A stretch of DNA of 54,781 nucleotides from Patescibacteria group bacterium (GCA_038062835.1 JBBTWH010000033.1:1-54781); one strand, 5' to 3'; counted from the stretch's first letter, positions 1-8,973 are shown. Made by a program: numbers and translations. The notes: generated by a model from the letters alone, not told the origin.

Positions 1-25
1 GGTGCGAATCCCGCCATCTCCACCA
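1..25 (+). tRNA. 3' fragment of a tRNA gene (T-arm, acceptor 3' strand, discriminator A, encoded CCA); isotype not determinable
   Basis: GGTGCGAATCCCGCC T-arm-like sequence, 7-nt acceptor strand CATCTCC, A, CCA at 23-25, immediately followed by a terminator hairpin. Confidence 0.6.
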
Positions 26-66
26 AAGAAAAGAGACCCATCCGTACGATGGGTCTCTTTTCTTTG
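26..66. terminator. Bidirectional intrinsic terminator between the tRNA (+) and the pilus operon (-)
   Basis: Perfect 9-bp stem AGAGACCCA (32-40) / TGGGTCTCT (50-58), 9-nt loop, A-run on the left and T-run on the right. Confidence 0.8.
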
Positions 67-69
67 CGG

Positions 70-363
70 TCATTCACGGCCGGGGACTCGGGAGAGGGAG
101 AAGGCGTCGACGACGTCTTCCCGGCGGATGGATGGGATGGAACGCTTCTTCTCGACGCGGTCGACGACCCAGCCGACCTCCTGTCCGGCGTTCAGATCAA
201 TGGTCCTGGACGATACGGACGCTTCGCCGAGCAGGGACGCTTCCTGCTCCAGCAGACGGAAAAAGAAATAATAGGAAGAAGCCGCGAGCACCGACGAGAA
301 GATGATCGCGAGTACGAGGCCGGAGAGGACGAGGCGCTGGAGCCGAAGGGTATTCAGGTGCAT
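70..363 (-). CDS. Small single-pass membrane protein, last gene of the type IV pilus operon (function unknown; PilP-like position)
   Basis: 97-aa ORF with N-terminal hydrophobic helix (LVLSGLVLAIIFSSVLAASSYYFFF); starts 8 nt after the upstream pilO-like gene and ends 4 nt before the terminator. Confidence 0.5.
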   Translation of the reverse strand: MHLNTLRLQRLVLSGLVLAIIFSSVLAASSYYFFFRLLEQEASLLGEASVSSRTIDLNAGQEVGWVVDRVEKKRSIPSIRREDVVDAFSLSRVPGRE

Positions 364-370
364 ATCGCTT

Positions 371-889
371 TCATCTCCAATACGCGAAGCCGTCGATCTC
401 GGCCTTCGTGCCGCCAGCGCCGGTGTCGCGGACGATCCGCACTTCGGCAGGTACGAGCATCCAGGGGGCGCGGTCGAGCGCGTTCAGATACGCCGTCACC
501 GCCGGAAAATCTCCGGAAAGATCGACGCGGAACGGGACGATGTACGCTTCGGCAGCCTCGATGGGTTCGGCGCTCCGCATTTCCAACTCAGCCGATCGGA
601 CGCGAGCGCCGGCGTCTTCGTTCCTCAGGAAGCGCAGCACGTCTTCCATGTTCTCCTTGGTCACGAACAATCCGCCGCGCAGGATCGGACGCCCGTCCTC
701 GCTGTGCAGCCGCGTCAGCCTGGCCTGTACCAACACGCTGTTGAGACGCGACTCGCGCAATATCTCGATGCCGCTGGCGGCGTCCATGACGCTGAAGACG
801 GCGTATGCCAAGAAGCCCGCCGAGGCGCCTATCATGGCGGCCGTGAGCGCGAAGACGTAGAACGGCGGTTGTTCCCAGCCACGTTTCAT
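371..889 (-). CDS. pilO: PilO-like type IV pilus alignment-complex protein
   Basis: 172 aa, one N-terminal TM helix then a soluble domain. Follows pilM-pilN with an ATGA overlap at 886-889. Assignment rests on topology, size and synteny. Confidence 0.55.
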   Translation of the reverse strand: MKRGWEQPPFYVFALTAAMIGASAGFLAYAVFSVMDAASGIEILRESRLNSVLVQARLTRLHSEDGRPILRGGLFVTKENMEDVLRFLRNEDAGARVRSAELEMRSAEPIEAAEAYIVPFRVDLSGDFPAVTAYLNALDRAPWMLVPAEVRIVRDTGAGGTKAEIDGFAYWR

Positions 890-1401
890 ATGTGCGTGAG
901 TTCGACTCTCGCCTCGATGAGGAAGCGCGTGCTGCCGTCGGCGCGCAGGTCGCTGAACGTGGTGGTCGTCGTCGAAAACATTCCAGTCGCGTCGAGGGCT
1001 TCCTTGAAGCGTATGACGTCAAGGACCGACGCCGCGAACCCGTCGATGATGATGAGTCCTTCGCGCGCATCGAGGACGAGCTGGTCGAAACGGATGCCTG
1101 TCGGCGCGGCGGCCGCGGCGGCCGCGACCGCGTCGCCTGTGGCACGGAACGCGTCGAAGGCGGATGCCGCCAGGTTCGCTTCGCGCATGGCGATTTCCGC
1201 GGCGCGCTCTTTCGGCGACGAGCTGATGCCAGCGAGGGTCGTCTGTATGATCTCGCGCAGGCTGACGTCGAACGTGAGGATGACGATGCCGCCGGCGACC
1301 AGGATGAGCGACGTGAGGACGCTCAGCAGCGCGACCGTGGCGCGCAGGCGCTTCAGGTAACCGCCGCGGTATTTCTTGGGGAGGAGATCGAGGTAGCTCA
1401 T
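886..1401 (-). CDS. pilN: PilN-like type IV pilus alignment-complex protein (start trimmed to the ATG at 1401)
   Basis: MSYLDLLPKKYRGGYLKRLR then a TM helix, the typical PilN N-terminus that binds PilM. ATGA overlap with the pilM stop at 1398-1401. The 15 upstream codons of the ORF would overlap pilM. Confidence 0.65.
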   Translation of the reverse strand: MSYLDLLPKKYRGGYLKRLRATVALLSVLTSLILVAGGIVILTFDVSLREIIQTTLAGISSSPKERAAEIAMREANLAASAFDAFRATGDAVAAAAAAAPTGIRFDQLVLDAREGLIIIDGFAASVLDVIRFKEALDATGMFSTTTTTFSDLRADGSTRFLIEARVELTHI

Positions 1402-2342
1402 AGTTCTGTCCTCAGGGCCAAGCCGACGGCCGCGGCGTAAGCGCACGGCAGCTTCGCGACCGAGCCGACCGCGTCGATGTTTACCAGATGGTTTCCTTCA
1501 GACGCTTCGAACCAACCGTCCTTGCCGAGGTAGCGCGCCAAGGCTGCTGCGGCTTCAGGATCGCCGACCGTCGCGACCTTGCGGAACTTGCCGCCTTTGC
1601 GACGCTCATACCAGTCCGAGCCGAGCGCGATCCGCTCGCGGATGCGGACCGTCAGCGCTTCCATGCTGGAGCGCGGAGTATCGACAGCCAGGACGAACTG
1701 GACGCTCCCAAGGTCGAAGAACGTCAAAGTCGCGTGGTCCGCCCGGAGATCGACGAAGACCGTGCCGTCCATGACGGAGCGCTTGGACCGAGCCCCGCCA
1801 GCCAGGCCGCCGGGGACGAGCGCGCTCGCGACGGCGATGGACGTCGCCTGCATGCCGGCGATACGGACGTCGCAGGCGTGAAAGGCGGCGACGTACTCGT
1901 CGATCGCCTTCTTCGAAGAGAGCGCGGCCAGCACGACGACAGGCTCGTGCTCCGGCTGAGGTTCGATCGTCTCCCAGCTCAGGTATTTCTCCTCCTCCAT
2001 CGCCGGGAACTCCTTCTCGAAATCCGTGAGGATGAGCTTGCGGAGCTTGCGCCCATGCGCGCCGGATTCATAATCGAACTGGCGGATGAGCACGTGTTCG
2101 TCTGGGATCCCTACGAATGCCCATGCCGACTTGGCGACTGGCGCGCCGTGCGCCGAACCTGATAGCTCGCGCAGGGCGCGGCAGAAGGCGGACGCGTCCG
2201 CGATGCGTCCGTGGCGCACGACCCCGCGCGGCAAGACGCCTTCTCCGTACGAGGTGACTGCGTTGTGCGCCCCAAGCCTGACGACGCGGATGGACGCGTC
2301 GCTGATATCGATCCCGAAACTGTCATACGCGTCGGTACGCAT
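1398..2342 (-). CDS. pilM: PilM, actin-like ATPase of the type IV pilus assembly platform
   Basis: 314 aa. N-terminal GIDISDASIRVVRL phosphate-1-like motif of the actin/FtsA fold. Immediately upstream of the pilN/pilO-like genes. Confidence 0.8.
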   Translation of the reverse strand: MRTDAYDSFGIDISDASIRVVRLGAHNAVTSYGEGVLPRGVVRHGRIADASAFCRALRELSGSAHGAPVAKSAWAFVGIPDEHVLIRQFDYESGAHGRKLRKLILTDFEKEFPAMEEEKYLSWETIEPQPEHEPVVVLAALSSKKAIDEYVAAFHACDVRIAGMQATSIAVASALVPGGLAGGARSKRSVMDGTVFVDLRADHATLTFFDLGSVQFVLAVDTPRSSMEALTVRIRERIALGSDWYERRKGGKFRKVATVGDPEAAAALARYLGKDGWFEASEGNHLVNIDAVGSVAKLPCAYAAAVGLALRTEL

Positions 2343-2375
2343 GGGCTTTTCCGTCTTTATCGTACCACAAAACGG

Positions 2376-3677
2376 TCACTCGGAGCGGGCTCCGACCACC
2401 TCGAGCCAGGATGAACCCATGACGCCGAATTGAGGCGAAAAATCGAGGTCGGTCGCGGCCGGCAGGTAGACGGCGGAAGTATTGTTGTCGAGCAGCAGCT
2501 TCTCGCCGACCAGGCCGTTGACCAGCGCGTTGTTCTTGACGTGAATGAGCCCGTTCTTGGCGTAGAAGAGCGAGTTGCTCGTGTTGTTGCCGATGATGAT
2601 GGCCGGGTCGGATTCCAGACCCGAAGCGCTCCGCGTCACGACGAGGAGGACGCTGGAAGGGTCGCCGGAGCCGTAGAACGAGACCACGTTGCCGGCGTCG
2701 ATGTTACCATCGGCTGCAAGGACGCCGGAGCGCTCGCCGTACGCAGGGTCCAGCCGGATGACGGAGCCGTTGCCGGTCGTGACGCGTCCGTCGACGAAGA
2801 TCGTGCCGGTCAGGGTCAACGTGGCGTTGTTAGCGACCGTCAGGTCGCCCGCGATCCTCACTGGTCCGTACGGGTTCTGTCCGGCGCCGGAAACGACGAC
2901 GTTCCCCTGGATGACGCCGCCCGACTGGGCTTCCGCGCGCCAGAGATCTATCTGCTGATCCGTCAGCGGGAACGGCGCAGGCGCGGGATCGGGACTGCCG
3001 GGATGAAGCGCGCCGACCACCGTGCTGCCTGAAATCGACTGATACCATGCGTCGCCCGCGACCTGGCTGTTCAAGACGGAATGCGCGAACGCGTCTCCAC
3101 CGATCTCGCAGCCGCTGACGGTTCCCGACGCGCCCGCGACGGTGGCGCTGCCGGTCACGCCGGAGTCGGGCTCGCAGACGATCGAGCCGTTCAGGAAGAC
3201 CGATCCCAGGATGCGCGCATGAGGGCGCAGCGTCGCGCCGGAACCGCCGCCCTGCAAGGCTGCGGCGAAGGTCGCCTTCGAGAAGTTCCGCACGCGCGTC
3301 ATCACGGTCCTCTTCGAGCCGCGATATCCTCCGATCGACCGGATCGCGCGTTCGTTGCCGGCGCCGAAGACATCCACCTCGACCGTGCCGCCGGCGAGCG
3401 AAAAATCCTCTCCTGCGTAGCTGAGGCCGCTCCATCCGCCGCAGGCCGCGCCGGCGTCGAGAGAAGACAGGCAGGCTGCGGCCTTCTGGACGCCGGCTTC
3501 CGCCAGCCAGCGCGCCTGCTCTCGCTCGTGTCGCAGGCGGCTTCCAGAAATCTGCGCGCCGCCCGACCGAAGCGCGAGCATCACGTGGGTGAAGAGCAGG
3601 AACAGGAAAAGCGCCAGGACGAGCATCGTCTGGCCGCGCGGGACGCAGGACGCGCGATTATCGATTGCCGAGCGCAT
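2376..3677 (-). CDS. PilX-N-type pilus-associated protein with predicted beta-helical repeat body (minor pilin/tip-associated candidate)
   Basis: N-terminus RGQTMLVLALFLFLLFTHVMLAL...ARWLAEAGVQKAAACL resembles the PilX N-terminal domain. The rest is Gly/Val/Asn-rich repeats typical of beta-helices. Lies between the pseudopilins and pilM. Confidence 0.55.
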   Translation of the reverse strand: MRSAIDNRASCVPRGQTMLVLALFLFLLFTHVMLALRSGGAQISGSRLRHEREQARWLAEAGVQKAAACLSSLDAGAACGGWSGLSYAGEDFSLAGGTVEVDVFGAGNERAIRSIGGYRGSKRTVMTRVRNFSKATFAAALQGGGSGATLRPHARILGSVFLNGSIVCEPDSGVTGSATVAGASGTVSGCEIGGDAFAHSVLNSQVAGDAWYQSISGSTVVGALHPGSPDPAPAPFPLTDQQIDLWRAEAQSGGVIQGNVVVSGAGQNPYGPVRIAGDLTVANNATLTLTGTIFVDGRVTTGNGSVIRLDPAYGERSGVLAADGNIDAGNVVSFYGSGDPSSVLLVVTRSASGLESDPAIIIGNNTSNSLFYAKNGLIHVKNNALVNGLVGEKLLLDNNTSAVYLPAATDLDFSPQFGVMGSSWLEVVGARSE

Positions 3678-4242
3678 AGGTACCGTCGATTAGGGATGTG
3701 ACGTCCGCGTCGACCGAACGGACGCCTAGCACGAATCCGAACGAGACCTCGTTCGCCGCGTCGGCTGTCGCCTCGTCATATCTGAAGCCGCCGCCGCGTG
3801 CGTTCCGTAGAGCGGTCCGATCCTCCGCTTTCCTGGCTGACGCGGCGTCCGGCGCGACGATGAGCCGCACGGTACCGGCGGCCGGGTCGTAGCGGAAGGC
3901 CGCGTAGTCGAGAAGATCCGAGAGCGCCTGTCCCGACGCGTCGACGGCGGGCATCGCGAATATGACCGTGCCCGATCCGCTGGCAAGCGCGGTCCCGCCC
4001 ACCATGCGCGAAACCGCGATGCCGGAAGCGTTGCGCGCGAAGCCGGAGAAGCGGCGTTCGAAGATCCAGCCGTCCGACAACAGATCCGCGCGGTCCCGCA
4101 CCTTGGCGTATGCGCGGCTCTGCGCGACGTAGGCCGTCGTCAGGATGCCGGTCGCCACCACGAATATGCCGATGGCGATCAGCGTCTCTGAGAGCGTCAT
4201 CCCGGCGCGGCCGCGCCTTCTGTCTTGAGCGGGAATGATCAT
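3658..4242 (-). CDS. Type IV pilin-like protein (pseudopilin) with prepilin-type N-terminal cleavage/methylation signal
   Basis: RRRGRAG/MTLSETLIAIGIFVVATGILTTAYV is a class III signal (G, then hydrophobic, with E at +5). Start trimmed to the ATG at 4242, which forms an ATGA overlap with the upstream gene. Confidence 0.8.
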   Translation of the reverse strand: MIIPAQDRRRGRAGMTLSETLIAIGIFVVATGILTTAYVAQSRAYAKVRDRADLLSDGWIFERRFSGFARNASGIAVSRMVGGTALASGSGTVIFAMPAVDASGQALSDLLDYAAFRYDPAAGTVRLIVAPDAASARKAEDRTALRNARGGGFRYDEATADAANEVSFGFVLGVRSVDADVTSLIDGTYALGNR

Positions 4243-5201
4243 CGGATGTCCTTCAGGCTTTCGAGCGAAAGGGTCCGCTGATGGCCCTTCGACGTCCATT
4301 CCGCAGTGACGGATACGCGCTTGAGGCTCGGAAGCGAGGCGTCATATGCGTCGACTGTCGACGCGGTGCGGAAACCGCTGAGGTGATACGGCGCGTTGAT
4401 GACGAACGCTGCGGCGGTCGCCTGCGGCGAGACGTCTTCGAAGCCGAGCGAGGCCGAACCGCCGCTCGAGACCAGCTGAACGTCGTCGGACCTGAAACGC
4501 ACGGCGCCCAAGCCGATGAGTCCGAGCCGCGCGGGGGAGAAATCCGCGTCATCAACGCTGAACGCGAGGATGCCGTCGAGATAGGCCGTAAGCGCATGGC
4601 CGGACGTCACGACGCGCAATCGGCGCCACGCGCCCAGCGATCCAGCGGTCGCCTTCATCGCGAGAACGGTCTTCTGTCCGTCCGCGACTTTCGCGAGTTC
4701 GAGGCTAGCCTCGCCCAGCGTCAGGCGGTAGTGATTCGCTCCGTCGCGATATCCGAACGCGAGGCCCGCCTCCCAGGCACCGGATGCGCCTGAGTCGACG
4801 CGCACGTATGCCTCAAGATCGGCGTCGGAGGGCGCATACGTGCGCAGCAACGCGACGTTCGTGATTCCACCGCTCAAAGGGACGTCCGCGGGCGAAAGCC
4901 CGAGCGCCCCAATCCCCTGCCGCGCGGGTCCAGACGCATCCGCCGCCTGGCGTCCGACGCCGTAGGCGAACCCGACGGGGTCGCCACCGCGATCCGCCTC
5001 CGTCGCCGCGCCGACGGCGCCGTCGAGCGCGTCGCGCAGGAACGCGTCGACGGACGAGCGATCTTCCGCCTCCTTCAGGACGGCGGAAGAGAACCCGAGC
5101 GCGGAGACCATCTGGATGGCGAAGCCTACGATGAAGAGCGCCAGCACGCTCTCGACCAGCGACATCCCCGCAGGCGCGCGACCGAAGCGGCGTGCGCTCA
5201 T
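4239..5201 (-). CDS. Type IV pilin-like protein with prepilin signal and a ConA/LamG(DUF1080)-like lectin-fold domain
   Basis: FGRAPAG/MSLVESVLALFIVGFAIQMV is a class III signal. Central region LEAYVRVDS..AGLAFGYRDGANHYRLTL..WRRLRVVTSGHALTAYLDGILAF..LGLIGLGAVRFRSDDVQL resembles the concanavalin-like lectin/glucanase fold. ATGA overlap with the pilC stop. Confidence 0.7.
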   Translation of the reverse strand: MSARRFGRAPAGMSLVESVLALFIVGFAIQMVSALGFSSAVLKEAEDRSSVDAFLRDALDGAVGAATEADRGGDPVGFAYGVGRQAADASGPARQGIGALGLSPADVPLSGGITNVALLRTYAPSDADLEAYVRVDSGASGAWEAGLAFGYRDGANHYRLTLGEASLELAKVADGQKTVLAMKATAGSLGAWRRLRVVTSGHALTAYLDGILAFSVDDADFSPARLGLIGLGAVRFRSDDVQLVSSGGSASLGFEDVSPQATAAAFVINAPYHLSGFRTASTVDAYDASLPSLKRVSVTAEWTSKGHQRTLSLESLKDIR

Positions 5202-6262
5202 ATCGAAGCCGAGAACCGGTACATCGGCAAGAGGATGGATACGGCGACGAGCGCGATGCCGGAGCCGATGAGGAAGATGAGGACAGGTTCGATGATGGAT
5301 GGCAGCGTCTCGAGGGCCGCGAAGACGCGCTCCTCGTAGAAAGAAGCAAGATCGCCGCTGACGTCCTGGAGCGTGCCGGTCTCCTCTCCTATCGCCACCA
5401 ATTCGGAGGCGACGGACGGGTAGAGCGCGGGATAGCGCAAAAAAGTCGGGTGCAGCTGGTTGCCCTTGCGCAGCTGCGTCTTGGCTTCCTCGAGCGTCCT
5501 GCGGTATTCGGTGTTGCCTGTCGCCCCGCGGCAGGCCTCAAGCACGTCGATGATGGGCATACCCGCGCGAAGCAGCATCCCGAGGTTGCGCATGATCGCG
5601 GAAAGCTGGTGCTCGGTGACGAGGCGCCCGAAAACCGGGAGCCGCAGCGTGAACCGATGTACCGCGACCCTCATCGCGTAGAACCGATGGTACGCGACGA
5701 CGCCGAGGGCGACGGCCGCGAAGAGGAGGACGACAAGCGCGATGCCGTACGTCCCCATGAAATGCGAGAAAGCGATGACCATGCGGGTCGGAAGCGGGAG
5801 CTCGAGCTCGAAGCCCGTGAACAGGCGCTCGATCTCCGGGAAGACGACGACGGACGCGAGGATGCCGAGCGCCGCCATGGCGGAGACGACGATGGCCGGA
5901 TACGTCAGCGTGCCGGTGATCTTGCGACGCAGGCGCTGCTGGATGCGGGCGCTCGCGACGTATTGGTCGAGGACAGGCGGCAGATCCCCGCGCAGCTCGC
6001 CGATACGGATGAGGTTCAGCATCGTCGGATTGAACATCTCCTCGTGACTCCGCATGCTGCGCTCCAGCGTGTTGCCGACGACGATGCCCTTGCGGACGTC
6101 CTCGAAAGCCGCGCGATAGCGGCCGTGATCGTGCGAGGCGAGGATGGAAAAGATCTTGGGGAGCGGGATGCCGACGCGGAGCATCAGCGCGATCTGCTGG
6201 ATGATGAAGACATCCTCGTCGTGAGGAAGCTTCCGCCGAAACCCTCGGAAGCGGAGCGGCAT
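5198..6262 (-). CDS. pilC: PilC/GspF-family type IV pilus platform protein (start trimmed to ATG 6262)
   Basis: 354 aa with two T2SS-F-like repeats and 3 TM segments. C-terminal EPVLIFLIGSGIALVAVSILLPMY is typical. The ATG lies 1 nt after the pilB stop (TGATATG junction). Confidence 0.85.
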   Translation of the reverse strand: MPLRFRGFRRKLPHDEDVFIIQQIALMLRVGIPLPKIFSILASHDHGRYRAAFEDVRKGIVVGNTLERSMRSHEEMFNPTMLNLIRIGELRGDLPPVLDQYVASARIQQRLRRKITGTLTYPAIVVSAMAALGILASVVVFPEIERLFTGFELELPLPTRMVIAFSHFMGTYGIALVVLLFAAVALGVVAYHRFYAMRVAVHRFTLRLPVFGRLVTEHQLSAIMRNLGMLLRAGMPIIDVLEACRGATGNTEYRRTLEEAKTQLRKGNQLHPTFLRYPALYPSVASELVAIGEETGTLQDVSGDLASFYEERVFAALETLPSIIEPVLIFLIGSGIALVAVSILLPMYRFSASI

Positions 6263-6263
6263 A

Positions 6264-7919
6264 TCAGAACGCTTGGAGCAGTTCGTCCTTCGTGGTGAGC
6301 CCGAGGAACACCTTGCGCAGGCCGTCTTCCGCGAGCGAACGGGCTCCGGCCGCGCGCGCGATACGCTCGATCTCCTTGGCCGTGCGCCCGGCGATGATGG
6401 CGTCGTAGACGGTGGGCGACATGCGCAGGAGCTCAAAGATGCCGATGCGGCCGCGATATCCCTCCTCGCACTTCGGACAGCCGACGGGTTCCCAGACCGA
6501 AGGGCGCTTGCCGCGCTTCCCTATCGACTCTTCCGCCCGCAGGACGCCCTCGCCGAACATCGCGATGAGCTCGGCGCGCCCCTGCGCGGACAGCGGAACG
6601 GATTTCTTGCAGGCATCGCAAAGGCGGCGCGCGAGGCGTTGGGCGATCACGAGGTTCACCGTCGAAGCGATGAGATATTCCTGGACGCCCATCTCGCGCA
6701 GGCGCGTCAGCGTCGAGGCGGCGTCGTTGGTGTGGAGCGTCGAAAGCACGAGGTGGCCGGTCAGCGCCGCGCGCAGGGCCGTCGTGCCCGTCTCCATGTC
6801 GCGGATCTCGCCGACCATGATGACATCGGGGTCCTGGCGGAGGACGCCGCGGAGACCCGTGTGGAACGAATAGTCCACGGCCGGGTTGACCTGGCTCTGG
6901 TTGATGCGGCTGAAGTTGTACTCGATCGGATCCTCGATGGTCGAGATGTTGATGTCGGGGCGGTCAAGCAGCGTCAGGAGCGCGTAGAGCGTCGTCGTCT
7001 TGCCCGAACCGGTCGGTCCCGTCACCAGGATCATGCCGTGCCGCTTCTTCAGCACATCGTCGATCACGGCCCGCACATCGTCGGACAATCCGAGTTCCGG
7101 CAGCGTACTCAGATGGCGGTCCTGGGAAAGGATGCGCAGTACCGCTTTCTCGCGGTCGAGGAGCGGCAGAGTCGAGGCGCGTACGGAGACCTTGAAGCCA
7201 GGGCCGGAGAAGCTGAATCGTCCGTCCTGCGGCTGGCGATGCTCCTCAAGCTTCAGGCTGGCGAGAATCTTCACGCGAGAGATGATGGCGCTGTGGATGG
7301 ATATCGGCATGACCGCCGCTTCCTTGAGGCGGCCGTCGACGCGATAGCGCACGACGGTCCTCTGCTCATGCGGCTCGATGTGGAGATCGGAGGCGTTCTG
7401 CTTGATGGCGTTCTCGATCAGCCCCTCGACGAGATCGACGACGTCGACCTGCTCCAAGGCGGGGTCGATCTTGTCGAGCTCACGCTCGAGATCGACGCGA
7501 TACAGCCGCAGGAGGCGTCCCACATCCGTCGGCGTCGTGAACGAGATGTGCGCGGGGCGGCCCATCTTCCGTTCGATCATCCCGATGACGGCGGGGTCCG
7601 GCGGTTCGCAGGTGGCGAGCCCGACGCCTCCGGGTCCGACCTCGTACGCGACGATCAGATGCTGGGTGGCGACGGCTTCCGGGACGCGCAAGAGGACGTC
7701 TTGCGCGAGGCCGGACGGGTCAATCGCGACGAACGGCAGTCCGAAGCGCTCGGCGAGACCGCGGTAGAGCTTCTCTTCGCTGTAGCCCGGCAGCAGCGCG
7801 AGCTGTGCGACGAGCGACGACCGTTCGCGCTCGGCCTGGCGCGACAAGACATCGAGCGCCTTCGGCGTCGCGATTCCGGCCCGGACGGCCGCCTCCCGGA
7901 TATCCTTCTCCGCCACCAT
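6264..7919 (-). CDS. pilB: PilB/GspE-family type IV pilus assembly ATPase
   Basis: 551 aa. Walker A GPTGSGKTTT, Asp/His boxes, tetracysteine CDAC...CPKCEEGYRGR, and an N-terminal GSPII-type domain. Confidence 0.9.
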   Translation of the reverse strand: MVAEKDIREAAVRAGIATPKALDVLSRQAERERSSLVAQLALLPGYSEEKLYRGLAERFGLPFVAIDPSGLAQDVLLRVPEAVATQHLIVAYEVGPGGVGLATCEPPDPAVIGMIERKMGRPAHISFTTPTDVGRLLRLYRVDLERELDKIDPALEQVDVVDLVEGLIENAIKQNASDLHIEPHEQRTVVRYRVDGRLKEAAVMPISIHSAIISRVKILASLKLEEHRQPQDGRFSFSGPGFKVSVRASTLPLLDREKAVLRILSQDRHLSTLPELGLSDDVRAVIDDVLKKRHGMILVTGPTGSGKTTTLYALLTLLDRPDINISTIEDPIEYNFSRINQSQVNPAVDYSFHTGLRGVLRQDPDVIMVGEIRDMETGTTALRAALTGHLVLSTLHTNDAASTLTRLREMGVQEYLIASTVNLVIAQRLARRLCDACKKSVPLSAQGRAELIAMFGEGVLRAEESIGKRGKRPSVWEPVGCPKCEEGYRGRIGIFELLRMSPTVYDAIIAGRTAKEIERIARAAGARSLAEDGLRKVFLGLTTKDELLQAF

Positions 7920-7931
7920 AGTCTCCCCCTT

Positions 7932-7960
7932 AATAGGCCCATTCTACCACGTGGTATGAT
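7932..7960. promoter_or_regulatory. Back-to-back divergent extended -10 promoters (pilB on minus, 7969 gene on plus) sharing a 12-bp perfect palindrome
   Basis: Plus strand TGgTATGAT (7952-7960). Minus strand TGgTAGAAT (7949-7941). Palindrome TACCACGTGGTA spans 7945-7956. Confidence 0.5.
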
Positions 7961-7968
7961 GTACGCAT

Positions 7969-8598
7969 ATGCCGCTCCGCGACCTCACCCGCGACGAACG
8001 GAAGATCCTGCGCGCGCTCGATGCGCCCTGGAAGATCCAGGATTTCCTGAACGCGACGCCGACCAACCACGAGCCGGACGGCGACACCTGCCTGTCGCCG
8101 CGCCGCGTGCTGCGGGAGCGGCGGGCCCACTGCATGGAAGGCGCGATGCTCGCGGCCTTGGCGCTCCGCTTCCATGGCGAGCCGCCGCTCGTCGTCGACA
8201 TGATGGGCGCTCCGGACGATTGCGCCCATGTCGTGGCCGTCTTCAAGCGCCGCGGCCATTGGGGAGCGATCTCCAAGACGAACCACAGCGTGCTCCGATA
8301 TCGCGAACCGATCTATCGCACGATGCGCGAGCTGATGATGTCCTATTTCCACGAATACTCCTCGCAGGCGACCGGCAAGAAGACCCTGCGCTCGTATTCC
8401 GCGCCGGTCGACCTGTCGCGCTTCGACAAGCTCGGCTGGATGACGAGCGAGGACGACGTCTGGGAGATCCCCGAATACCTGGCCGACGTCCGCCACGCGC
8501 CGCTCATCACGCGCGCGCAGATCGCCTCGCTGCGGAAGGCGGATCCGATGGAATTGCGCGTCGGCGAGATCCTGGAGTGGCCGAGGACGGAGGCTTGA
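7969..8598 (+). CDS. Transglutaminase-like/papain-fold cysteine peptidase family protein (tentative)
   Basis: 209 aa. RRAHCMEGAMLAALALRFHG (Cys nucleophile context) followed by DDCAHVVAVFKRRGHWGAISKTN (His then polar residue) resembles the transglutaminase-core Cys-His-Asp/Asn arrangement. Confidence 0.4.
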   Translation: MPLRDLTRDERKILRALDAPWKIQDFLNATPTNHEPDGDTCLSPRRVLRERRAHCMEGAMLAALALRFHGEPPLVVDMMGAPDDCAHVVAVFKRRGHWGAISKTNHSVLRYREPIYRTMRELMMSYFHEYSSQATGKKTLRSYSAPVDLSRFDKLGWMTSEDDVWEIPEYLADVRHAPLITRAQIASLRKADPMELRVGEILEWPRTEA

Positions 8599-8640
8599 CC
8601 CGCCGCCGTTCTTCTGGTCTACTTTTCCGCAGGAGGAAAC

Positions 8641-8973
8641 ATGACCCAAGAGAACCCCCGCAAGTTCATCGGTCGGGCGATCGTCATAGATCAATCGACG
8701 GCCAGGACCTGGAGCGTCTCGGCCTACGTCTGCGTGCTCCTGACCGGAGCGACGGGCGTCCCGTCCGTCATCCTCGGGGAAGCCCCGACGCTCGACGGCC
8801 TGATGAAGAAGCTTCGCGCGAGCGACCTGTACGCGCACTTCGCCAAGGCGAAGCTCACGTTCGAACCGCCTATCAGCCACTGGCCGATCAGCCACACGTC
8901 GGCGCGCCAGCGCTACGAAGCGCTCTCGCTCGACGAGCTCAGCCGCGTCCAGACGATCATGTCCGGACGCTGA
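8641..8973 (+). CDS. Hypothetical protein
   Basis: 110-aa ORF with a good SD (AGGAGG, 6 nt before the ATG), followed by a terminator. No recognizable motif. Confidence 0.5.
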   Translation: MTQENPRKFIGRAIVIDQSTARTWSVSAYVCVLLTGATGVPSVILGEAPTLDGLMKKLRASDLYAHFAKAKLTFEPPISHWPISHTSARQRYEALSLDELSRVQTIMSGR

